Source: Promethearchaeota archaeon (GTDB taxonomy: Archaea; Asgardarchaeota; Hermodarchaeia; Hermodarchaeales; Hermodarchaeaceae). Taken from it: DNA of 32,985 bases. The translations under genes and the position numbers were made by a program. The notes beneath the pieces are model-generated. The model ran no database searches. It saw nothing but the letters and a program-made list of their open reading frames with translations, and had not been told where the DNA came from. This document shows positions 9,325 through 17,511 of the stretch, piece by piece (within the stretch, counting starts at the first letter, position 1; each line of letters begins with the position of its first letter). The stretch is taken from assembly GCA_048939625.1 (NCBI GenBank), contig JBHLPH010000012.1:1-32985 (forward strand), given 5' to 3'.

Positions 9325-9789
9325 TCAATATTTTCCTTTAATTACAAAAAACGAACCCCGAATTGTTCCAGCTAGTTTAGATTTCTGCCTAGCAAACTTA
9401 AACTTCCCCTCTAACTCTTTGGGTACCTCCATTCCCTCAGAAAGCTTAAAACCAACGGCCCGTTTCTTAGGGTCATCAATCGTATACATGACGTTGACTA
9501 CAAGACCATCCTCATAAAAGACGTAGGCAAATTTGATATTTTCCACTTGAAAACGAGACGTTTCTAAAGGTTTGGCCGCAAACTCAATATCACGTTCTTC
9601 TTTCAAAATTCGGTTCACATAATCAAGGGTCTCCCGGCTTTCGCTAGCTGGTACAACCGTAAATTCATGCTTGTATTTGTTCATAAAGTAACGGGCTTCA
9701 TTAGCACGTAAACCAGCAAGCGCTTCTGCTACAGGTGAAGATTCTAAACCAGCCGTAGACACATTTTTAAAATCAACAATATAGGACAT
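9325..9789 (-). CDS. Conserved hypothetical protein of a Bacillota-type family (often auto-annotated as phage tail protein)
   Basis: Intact 154-aa ORF. Motifs LAGLRANEARYF, KRAVGFKLSEG and KFARQKSKLAGTIRGSFFVIKG are recalled from Bacillus/Listeria-type proteins (recall only, not searched). Confidence 0.7.
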   Translation of the reverse strand: MSYIVDFKNVSTAGLESSPVAEALAGLRANEARYFMNKYKHEFTVVPASESRETLDYVNRILKEERDIEFAAKPLETSRFQVENIKFAYVFYEDGLVVNVMYTIDDPKKRAVGFKLSEGMEVPKELEGKFKFARQKSKLAGTIRGSFFVIKGKY

Positions 9790-9810
9790 TGATATAAATT
9801 CGTGAGCGTA

Positions 9811-9819
9811 TATATTAAA
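9811..9819 (-). promoter_or_regulatory. Archaeal TATA box for leaderless transcription of 9325..9789
   Basis: TTTAATATA lies 22-30 nt upstream of the ATG; no SD sequence is present. Confidence 0.55.
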
Positions 9820-9940
9820 TAGAATCTTTAATTATGCTTTCAACAAATAAAAAAGCAGTATTACAGATATAGCTGACACTATTGTAAGGCTTTTTTACAC
9901 ATTTCGATTTTAAATGCCAGTTATATGGTATTACTGTTAT

Positions 9941-10161
9941 GATGAATCTGAGGAATGATTTGATAATCCATTGGTAGGTTGCAAGACTGGCTTCAGCCTT
10001 GGTGTAAAGGTATTCGAGAACGTCTTATCTCGTGATTTCCTTCACTAGCTTAGAAGCCAAAAAAAGGTTAACGCGCTGAGGAGCCGTTTATAACGTTTCC
10101 TCGTGTTCTCAGTAAGGTTCGTGTTGAGAAGGAATTCTTCGCGAAGCTGTGTGCTGGTCAT
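9941..10161 (-). pseudogene. Tyrosine recombinase/integrase N-terminal (core-binding, SAM-like) domain pseudogene, copy B
   Basis: Reconstructed MTSTQLREEFLLNTNLTENTRKRYKRLLSALTFF/ASKLVKEITR*DVLEYLYTKAEASLATYQWIIKSFLRFI. Frameshift in the A7 run at 10059-10065, in-frame TAA at 10025-10027, no catalytic domain. Confidence 0.8.
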
Positions 10162-10314
10162 GGCACAGTGAAACATACTCGCAGAACGTCTAAAGTTTAT
10201 ACATCTAGCGTTCAAATTGCCTTTTACATGGTTTTCCATTGATAAGAAACACTTATGCCCTGTTTTATACCGTATATATCTGGGTAGGGCACGGCAACGA
10301 CCGTCAGCCCAGCT

Positions 10315-10668
10315 GTGGAGAGCTTGAGCACCGAAGAATATGCTGCGAAAATTCGTGGCTATGTCCGCGAAGCGCGAAAAAAGAAAACCCATCAAGATTA
10401 TTACACAGCGGGTATGCTTTATCAGCGTGCAGCCAAGCTGGCCCACAAGGCGAACCGATCGCCCATGAAATATGAGTCACAGGCTCTAGCATGTTTTGAG
10501 ATGCAGCTTCAGAGTAGTCTAGGGGATGAAGATTTCTCAAAGGCAGCCGATACTTTGGAGAAAATCGCGAAGATGTATGAACAAAGTGGAGATACTCAAC
10601 TGGCCACAGAGCTTCGTTTGCAGGCTAGTTATCTTCGCTTGCGTGGTATTGAGACTCTGGTTTCTTAG
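10315..10668 (+). CDS. Small all-alpha TPR/SNAP-like protein
   Basis: Helical repeats AGMLYQRAAKLA and DFSKAADTLEKIAKMYE; GTG start with an AT-rich box at ~10263-10279. Confidence 0.6.
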   Translation: MESLSTEEYAAKIRGYVREARKKKTHQDYYTAGMLYQRAAKLAHKANRSPMKYESQALACFEMQLQSSLGDEDFSKAADTLEKIAKMYEQSGDTQLATELRLQASYLRLRGIETLVS

Positions 10669-10688
10669 CTTTGAGGTGAAACCGAAGG

Positions 10689-11309
10689 CTAATCTGCACT
10701 CCGTTCCCGTATGACTACAATGAAGATAAGGACTAGTCCAATGGCAACTAGGACATCACCGATTTGGTGCAAAAACAGGGATTCAATGGTAATCAATCCG
10801 AAGAGACTGGTAAAACAAGGGATCCCTGAGCTTATACTTGAGCATTGAAGTTGCGATGAAAATGCAATATTCATGAAGATTACGGCCACTCCCAAGGAAA
10901 AGAGGCCAATTAGCCCAAGGATGGCAAGGACGGGCGTTTTGCTTAACCATTCTCGCAGATGGGACACCACTTGGAACCATTTGAGAGGTTGGGTGTTTTC
11001 ATCTGGCTCAGGTTGGGGGCTCCGATGCAAGAGAAGTGTTAATCCCATAAGTATCATGCTGGTGACGAAGAAGAATATTCCCAAGTAATGCCAGAAGTCT
11101 GGGAACACTCGGAAATAAGGGAACAGGGACCACTGGATAATAATCCGGTAGCGTAGGGCAAAGATGGCCTCATCGAGACAAATCCAGACTGCGAAACTAA
11201 TGATGAAAAAGGGAATGAAGGCAAGGGAGTAGAAAACCCAATCAAGTTTAATGGTCCGAAGTCGTTGGAGTCTTTCACGCCATGAGGGTGTTACTTGATT
11301 CCCCATCAT
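10689..11309 (-). CDS. Four-TM membrane protein with two His-containing hairpin repeats
   Basis: Four hydrophobic helices; WHYLG and LHQIG at equivalent positions; ATGA overlap with the upstream paralogue. Confidence 0.75.
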   Translation of the reverse strand: MMGNQVTPSWRERLQRLRTIKLDWVFYSLAFIPFFIISFAVWICLDEAIFALRYRIIIQWSLFPYFRVFPDFWHYLGIFFFVTSMILMGLTLLLHRSPQPEPDENTQPLKWFQVVSHLREWLSKTPVLAILGLIGLFSLGVAVIFMNIAFSSQLQCSSISSGIPCFTSLFGLITIESLFLHQIGDVLVAIGLVLIFIVVIRERSAD

Positions 11310-11917
11310 ATCAACCTCCCTTGTTGGGATAAGAATCCCAGGACTACCTTAAAGGCGTTAATCGACGCAATGATGAGCAAGCCATAAATTACAAAGAAGT
11401 TACCTAGCATATGAAGGGATAGAGGTTGAATTTCGAAGGTCAAGAATACGTAGATATTAGAAGGTAAGGTTCCCTTCAAGAATTCGCCTTGATAAAGGAA
11501 GGCTTGGTGCATACAAAACCAGACACCCATACTAGCGAGGAAAAGTGCCAAGAAACCAATGATTTTGAACAGATCCGAGTGGCATAAGAAATGGATCAGA
11601 CGACTGTGAAACCGAGGGGAAGGAACATCAGATTTCTCGGTTATAACCAAGGTAAGGGAGATAGGCAGAAAGAGGAGCACTAGCCCAATTGAGGCTAACA
11701 GAATCCCTATATCATGTAATTGCGTTAATGTGAAAGCTGGAAGGAGGACAATGAGTTCGGGGGGTAAATACTGACCGAAATATAGCTCCAGGAAGGCTCT
11801 ATTTAGAAAAGCTTCAACCCCAATGAAGACGAAAATAAGAGCTATAATACTTAAGCCAATAAATCCTGCCAGTTCTCTCCGTTTTGCATGAAGTAGGTCT
11901 GGAGATGTAGTTGGCAG
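11306..11917 (-). CDS. Four-TM membrane protein, paralogue of 10689..11309; probable CTG start
   Basis: The frame stays open well upstream of the listed GTG at 11680 and encodes further TM helices, with no ATG/GTG/TTG. CTG at 11917-11915 has GGAGG 10 nt upstream and gives 203 aa, versus 206 aa for the paralogue. Motifs LHDIG and LHMLG. Confidence 0.7.
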   Translation of the reverse strand: MPTTSPDLLHAKRRELAGFIGLSIIALIFVFIGVEAFLNRAFLELYFGQYLPPELIVLLPAFTLTQLHDIGILLASIGLVLLFLPISLTLVITEKSDVPSPRFHSRLIHFLCHSDLFKIIGFLALFLASMGVWFCMHQAFLYQGEFLKGTLPSNIYVFLTFEIQPLSLHMLGNFFVIYGLLIIASINAFKVVLGFLSQQGRLI

Positions 11918-11934
11918 CGGTTCCGTCCCTCCGA

Positions 11935-12384
11935 TTAAACTAGCCCTTTAATGGATTCATTCACTATTTGATTGATAATTTTTCGTGTGATCCATCCTGA
12001 ACTAATGGATTGTGCGAAATCTAACCGATCAAAGTATAAGCGAAGAGTCTTGACCAAGTGATTTTCATAGATGAGAACTTCAGCTTGTTTTGATTGAACT
12101 TCTTTGCCATCAGGAAGCGTGCAATTGACGATAAACTCCTCAAAGAAAACGTCATCGTCAACCATGATAACAAGGGGGTCAATGGAAATGGTGTTCACAT
12201 GTTGAAATATCCATTCCAGCCATTTACGTGCTCCGCTATGACCATGAAGGGTCAACCCAAGGAGTTTGATTGTGCAGTCTTCATGAAAATAGGTTAGAAT
12301 TTGATCGATTTCACGGGTTTCAATTGCATTGTCAAAGTCTTTTGCCATTCTGAGGAGGGAGTCCTTTGTTTGCACAATAACCAC
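11935..12384 (-). CDS. NTF2/SnoaL-like protein
   Basis: FDNAIETREIDQILTYFHEDC, LHGHSGARKWL and LRLYFDRL pattern. Confidence 0.8.
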   Translation of the reverse strand: MVIVQTKDSLLRMAKDFDNAIETREIDQILTYFHEDCTIKLLGLTLHGHSGARKWLEWIFQHVNTISIDPLVIMVDDDVFFEEFIVNCTLPDGKEVQSKQAEVLIYENHLVKTLRLYFDRLDFAQSISSGWITRKIINQIVNESIKGLV

Positions 12385-12464
12385 ATCAGTGTCTTGTGTA
12401 TGTCCATGAATAAATAGAAGGGGATAACTTTTTGGTTAATTGCTCGGAGCAATTACGATTCTTT

Positions 12465-13139
12465 TCAAGGATTATATGCGAGATTAATAGCCACTTTTAG
12501 ACCAAACAGTGGTTGTTTCCAAGCTTCATGCATAAGTAAGCCAGCTTGCTTTAGAGCCTTTGTGGCATTTATTGGGCGGCAGTCCACCCATCGGGGAAAC
12601 AATCTATGAATCCATTCGTACATTTGTTCAATGGCAGGTTCATGCCTTTGTTTTAGTAAAGATACGTTCACGAAACGTCCTTGCGATTTGAGCACTCGTT
12701 TGCATTCCATGAGAATCCGTGGAATTTCAGGAGTATCAAATAATTCGAGGGTAAAACTCATGAAAAGTGCATTAAATTGATTATCTGAAAAAGGCATTTT
12801 CATGGCATCCCCACAATGAATATTTACACGGTGGGATAATTGTGCTCTTGCTAGTCTTCGTTGCGTTATTGCGCACATTCTTTCTGAGATATCAATCCCA
12901 GAGACTTTTCCATTGTTTCCAACAAGTTTAGCCATGGCTAGCATTACATGACCAGTGCCAAATCCAACTTCTAGCACGTGTTCATTTGGTTGCACGTTTA
13001 GAAGGTCGAGACCTGTCATTGCATACTGTCTTTCAAATTGCCCACCTATTAAATCGTACAAGAAGCTATACCGATTATAGGTAATTTTTGCGTCGATCCG
13101 TGGACGGAGTACACGAGTGATCGAAATGGTACCTGACAT
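12465..13139 (-). CDS. Class I SAM-dependent methyltransferase (UbiE/MenG-like)
   Basis: Motif I VLEVGFGTG, GIDISERM, GDAMKMPFSDNQF and RVLKSQGRF. Confidence 0.9.
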   Translation of the reverse strand: MSGTISITRVLRPRIDAKITYNRYSFLYDLIGGQFERQYAMTGLDLLNVQPNEHVLEVGFGTGHVMLAMAKLVGNNGKVSGIDISERMCAITQRRLARAQLSHRVNIHCGDAMKMPFSDNQFNALFMSFTLELFDTPEIPRILMECKRVLKSQGRFVNVSLLKQRHEPAIEQMYEWIHRLFPRWVDCRPINATKALKQAGLLMHEAWKQPLFGLKVAINLAYNP

Positions 13140-13163
13140 GCTCTAACCCAAATGATTTTTCTG

Positions 13164-14489
13164 TTACATTTCAAATCCTGTTTTTCCAGCACCCCATTTA
13201 TCTAGGGCAACTTTCAATTCCGCATGATCTTCAGCATAGTCTTTCAGGGATATCCCTTGGACGGTAGCGTCGATGGCTTGGCGAAAAGCAAGAGCGCCTG
13301 CAGAAGGTCCACCATGTTCCTTGGGGAAGGCATGAATTCCTCCACCAGTGCCTATCATGATATCAAGACCCAGATCTTCAACGACCATGGGGACATGCCC
13401 TGGAGTAATCCCTCCACTGGGCATCGGCATTGTTGGTTTAATGTGGTGTAGAGGATAATTCATGGCTCGAGCCATTTCGATATAGCGTTGCTTCAGGAGT
13501 GGAGCTTTGCCGTATGGGGCAGGAAAGACTTCGATGTCAATCCCAGCTAGTCGTGGAAACTTTCCGATAACTAGTTGAGTTGAAAGCCCACTGATTGGAG
13601 AGTAGCTCATCGCCCCTGCGATGTCCATATGACCGAGGACAGGTACATTGATGCTGGGATCATCGGTGACTTGCCGAACTGCGCTATAGCCCACGGCTAA
13701 GAAATTAATCATTAAGGCATTGGCTCCATGCTCAAGAGCAGCTTCAGCGTTCTCCATGAGTTTCGGAATGCGGTCTGTGATATTAATTGTGTAGAGGGTT
13801 TTTTCACCCTTCTCCGAATTGGCTTTATCAATAGCATCCATGTAGAGGGGCAGCCGTTCAGTAATACGGTTGAACACAGGATCAGCGATGAGCTCATCAT
13901 CCTTAATGATGTCAGCCCCACCCCGCGCAGCTTCATAAAGCAGTTTTGCTCCCACCTTTGGTGGATAGCCTGTGCATGGTTTAATCATGTTATTGAGAAG
14001 GGGACGCCCGTTCACTCCAAGGACCTTGAAGACGCCCTTGGTGCCAAATTTGGGACCTTGAAACCCTTTTAACCAGCTTTTTGGGAATCGCAGATCAAGT
14101 ACTTTAACACGGCCACCCATGCTAATGTTGCCAACTACTGTTGATAGGAGCATGGGAATCTGTTGGCCGAAGTTAATCCATGGAAATGCAACCTGCACAA
14201 TGTAGTGTCGGTGTGTAACATCTTTGGGTTGACTATATTCCGGATAAGGACCTTCATAGATTCCAATAACTTTTGCCACATGTTTTTTTCGCATTTGAGC
14301 TGTTTCACCGGGGACGAGTACCCAAGTCCCCGTACTCTGTTCAACAGCTGCCATTTCACAAATATCCTTAATTGGCAGTCCGATTGGGGCTCCAAAATAG
14401 TAGGTTGCAATCACATATTTTTCGGGATCGATTTCATCTGGTAACGCATTTGGCTGGCTTTCAATTGGAAGTTTATCTTCGGGTGCCAT
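13164..14489 (-). CDS. RuBisCO-like protein (form IV, RLP)
   Basis: EQSTGTW, GPKFG, IKPCTG (K177 equivalent is Cys), DIIKDDE, GHMD (R295 equivalent lost), PYGK, SGG, GGGIH. Start placed at ATG 14489, which has a GGTGG SD. Confidence 0.9.
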   Translation of the reverse strand: MAPEDKLPIESQPNALPDEIDPEKYVIATYYFGAPIGLPIKDICEMAAVEQSTGTWVLVPGETAQMRKKHVAKVIGIYEGPYPEYSQPKDVTHRHYIVQVAFPWINFGQQIPMLLSTVVGNISMGGRVKVLDLRFPKSWLKGFQGPKFGTKGVFKVLGVNGRPLLNNMIKPCTGYPPKVGAKLLYEAARGGADIIKDDELIADPVFNRITERLPLYMDAIDKANSEKGEKTLYTINITDRIPKLMENAEAALEHGANALMINFLAVGYSAVRQVTDDPSINVPVLGHMDIAGAMSYSPISGLSTQLVIGKFPRLAGIDIEVFPAPYGKAPLLKQRYIEMARAMNYPLHHIKPTMPMPSGGITPGHVPMVVEDLGLDIMIGTGGGIHAFPKEHGGPSAGALAFRQAIDATVQGISLKDYAEDHAELKVALDKWGAGKTGFEM

Positions 14490-14597
14490 TGAATATTCCA
14501 CCTTTGAGCATGGTTCACTACAAAAAGGCATTAAGGCTCTATTTTAGCGTTATTAAAGTTGAAATTGAATCAACTTCCACTCAAGTAAAGAACCTTT

Positions 14598-14665
14598 TAA
14601 TAGTTCAATTAGCCTTAATTGCCTCGGTTTGATTTGCAGCGGCACAATTAGCTTTTGAACTATTA
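14598..14665. repeat. Long imperfect inverted repeat between divergent genes
   Basis: taatagttcaa (14598-14608) and ttgaactatta (14655-14665) are perfect 11-bp arms, with further inner pairing (agc/gct, taatt/aatta, gcc/ggc). Confidence 0.6.
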
Positions 14666-14716
14666 GTTTCAGCAATTGTTGATGTGCTTTATGTAAATCA
14701 AGGGAATGTGAAATAA

Positions 14717-17470
14717 ATGAAAAATACACAAATACATGCAATCCTTCTTGTTACTAGTTTCCTTTTTTCAACACTCGTCATCTTCAACGGATTTCATTCA
14801 AACCCAATCCGATTAGGAGCACCTAGAATGCACTCAGCGCCTGTTCAAGGTGGAACAGTGTTATTTGATGAGTCTCACAGTCCTATGTATGGTGATACCC
14901 TCGACCTGAATCTCCTGAATTTTTCTTTGGATTTACAGTCGCAAGGTTACTCAGTTCAGAATATGAGTGTTTGGAGTTGGAGCCTACTCATGGCTGCGGA
15001 TGTTTTGGTCGTTGGACCTCACAGTACCTCATTCTCTGCGACTGAATATCAGCATCTTCATGAATTTGTCGCGAATGGTGGAGGTCTGCTCATCATTGGC
15101 AACGGTGGAACAACGGGTGACTGGGATGAGCTCGCTAGTTTCTTCGATGTCACTTGGTCAGGCTATCCTCTATCCGATTTAGATGACTATCAAACCAACA
15201 CCTATTGGATTAACTGGACGGATATGTCAAACTTTGGGGCTCACCCAATAACTACAGGCGTATCAAGCGCTGAAACCTACTATGGCGGAGGATTTAATCT
15301 ATTTCCACCAGACGCAACACCTATCCTAATTTCTGATGCTGATGATAACAGCGAATGGTATTCTGGTATGGGTGTGGCAAGCGGAATCCCCGCAATTGTA
15401 GCTTTTGAGTACCTCTATGGCCTGGGTCGGGTCGTGGTTCATGGTGATGTTAGCTCCTTTGAGAGTAACGACTATGATACTGATGGTACTATCTGTTATT
15501 TTGATGAAGACAATGAGATATTAGCAAGAAATATCATTGACTGGTTAGCCCATCCGGATATTCCTGAGAAAATCATCGTCTTTGATGAAAGTCATGGTAC
15601 ATTGGACGCGGTTACGTTTCCGGTATCACCTGTTGATGTCTTATTCGATGAATCCCATTCACCTTTCAATACTATCGATGATAATGATAATGGAATCTAT
15701 GGTTACGAAGAAGATGGTTCACCTTATGGTGATTTTGCACAAATTATTGAAGGTGCTGGTTTTACCGTCAGCAAGATGAATACTTGGAGCGATCCAACAG
15801 TCGCCGCCAACGATGTAATAGTACTAGTGAATCCTGCTACACTCTATAGCACAAATGAACTGAATACAATTCGAGATCACGTTCGGTATGGTGGAAGTCT
15901 CCTTCTTATCGGTGATGGCAATGCAGTGTATGGTCAGCCGTTCCCGCAAATTGCCCGCTTGTTTGGAGCCGATATCTATGATGGCGCTCTAAATGATACC
16001 GACGATTATTACACAACAGAAACTTGGATTCGCTTTACTAATGAAAACCTGGCTAATCATCCTGTGCTTAACGGCGTCAATGAAGTTATTCTCTTATGGT
16101 CAACCGGTTTCAACCAAACACCTACAGACTCCTTTAGCTTCATCAACACCGATAATGATGCAACATCAAATTGGGTTCCATCCTATATTCCACCCGGTGA
16201 AACAAATCCAGCCCTCAACATCCCTACAGCAATTGGCTTTCCCTATGGCATGGGTCGAGTAGCCATGATTGGCGACCTTTCGCAATGGCATAACAGCACG
16301 GGAAACAACTTTCTCCCCCTAGTCAATAACGCATTATTCGGTATCAATCTAATGCGTTGGTTGGGAGAAGGAACCTACAATTATGGCGATTACTATACAG
16401 CAGTCAAGAGGTTACAAGAAGCTGGGTATGGAATAAAAGTGATGTTCAACTTTAATGCGAGTTTTCTTATAGGAACTGATGCCCTTATTCTCCCGACACC
16501 TCAAAGCAGTTACAGCGTTGCAGAACGCAATATCATCAAAGATTACGTAGAAACTCAAGGACATGGTCTCCTAGTCACTGGTGAATTTCCTCCTTTACTG
16601 GGTTCAGCGCAAGAAATTGCCATGGAATTCGGACTGAAATACGAAGATAATGCCCCAGCGGTCCTCGAAGACACTGATGAAAATAGTGGGAATTACTTGA
16701 CGCAGATCCTGTTTAGTCCGAACAATATTGGCACACATCCAATTCTCACCGGAATCACAGATTGTATCTATCTAGCTGGGACGGGTTTTAGCGTCCTTCC
16801 TGGAGGAACAGACATACTCATCAGGATGGATAACGATGCAACCGCTCAATGGAGTAATGGATCTGCAGCCCAACTAATTCCAACTATGGTTGCGCTTGAA
16901 CCGAATCGAGGACGAATGGTAGCAATAGGCGATGGTGACCTTTGGAGTAACTACCTAATGGACGCACCCAACGTTGGCGACAATAAAACCATCTATTTAG
17001 ATCTCTTGGACAATTATCCTCTCTGGATGAACACAATTGATTGGCTTACGGCAAACCGTCCACCAGTTATTCATGTTGATGCACCAAATGGTGGCGAAAT
17101 CCTAAACGGGACCATAATCATTAGTTGGACTTCAGATGACTTCGACGATGACATGCTTACCTTCGATGTGCTTATCACCTTCGATAATGGGAGCAGCTGG
17201 ACCACACTAGTCGATGACTTAACCAATACGAGTATTCAGTGGAACTCTTACTTAGGACCCAATAGTGAATTATGTCGCATTCGCATCATTGCTGATGATG
17301 GTATAGCAACCAGTGAGGATGTCTCCGATGATGTCTTTGCCATATCAAATCCAATAATCACCCCACCTCTGCCTTGGTGGTGGTGGATTGTTGTACTGAT
17401 TCTAGTCATCATCGTAATAGTGATTCTCATCTATCTATTCCTCAGACGTCGTGGTGCCAAAGTAGATTAA
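14717..17470 (+). CDS. Large cell-surface protein with three GIFT/DUF4350 (GATase-like) domains, an Ig-like domain and a C-terminal TM anchor
   Basis: Signal peptide; three copies each of [VI]xFDESH, HP[IV]x2G[VI], GR[VM]x3GD and xxWL; NRPP...PNGGE Ig-like domain; PWWWW-TM-RRRG anchor. Confidence 0.8.
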   Translation: MKNTQIHAILLVTSFLFSTLVIFNGFHSNPIRLGAPRMHSAPVQGGTVLFDESHSPMYGDTLDLNLLNFSLDLQSQGYSVQNMSVWSWSLLMAADVLVVGPHSTSFSATEYQHLHEFVANGGGLLIIGNGGTTGDWDELASFFDVTWSGYPLSDLDDYQTNTYWINWTDMSNFGAHPITTGVSSAETYYGGGFNLFPPDATPILISDADDNSEWYSGMGVASGIPAIVAFEYLYGLGRVVVHGDVSSFESNDYDTDGTICYFDEDNEILARNIIDWLAHPDIPEKIIVFDESHGTLDAVTFPVSPVDVLFDESHSPFNTIDDNDNGIYGYEEDGSPYGDFAQIIEGAGFTVSKMNTWSDPTVAANDVIVLVNPATLYSTNELNTIRDHVRYGGSLLLIGDGNAVYGQPFPQIARLFGADIYDGALNDTDDYYTTETWIRFTNENLANHPVLNGVNEVILLWSTGFNQTPTDSFSFINTDNDATSNWVPSYIPPGETNPALNIPTAIGFPYGMGRVAMIGDLSQWHNSTGNNFLPLVNNALFGINLMRWLGEGTYNYGDYYTAVKRLQEAGYGIKVMFNFNASFLIGTDALILPTPQSSYSVAERNIIKDYVETQGHGLLVTGEFPPLLGSAQEIAMEFGLKYEDNAPAVLEDTDENSGNYLTQILFSPNNIGTHPILTGITDCIYLAGTGFSVLPGGTDILIRMDNDATAQWSNGSAAQLIPTMVALEPNRGRMVAIGDGDLWSNYLMDAPNVGDNKTIYLDLLDNYPLWMNTIDWLTANRPPVIHVDAPNGGEILNGTIIISWTSDDFDDDMLTFDVLITFDNGSSWTTLVDDLTNTSIQWNSYLGPNSELCRIRIIADDGIATSEDVSDDVFAISNPIITPPLPWWWWIVVLILVIIVIVILIYLFLRRRGAKVD

Positions 17471-17475
17471 CCAGT

Positions 17476-17511
17476 GTGGAGGTGTTGCCTCCACCCCTCT
17501 CTTTTATTTTT
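17476..17511 (+). terminator. Hairpin plus T-tract between convergent genes
   Basis: gtggagg-tgttg-cctccac followed by ctcttttattttt. Confidence 0.6.

Noticed and set aside
9325-9789. Prophage, from the phage tail label of this family
   Set aside because: No other virion, packaging or replication genes are nearby, and nothing in the sequence supports the label.
10045-10446. 133-aa minus-strand ORF as a real gene
   Set aside because: It joins the antisense of 10315..10668, promoter DNA and the first part of the integrase pseudogene.
13164-14531. CO2-fixing RuBisCO (form III), and the longer start at 14531
   Set aside because: The K177 and R295 equivalents are substituted, which indicates form IV. 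The ATG at 14489 has an SD and fits better.
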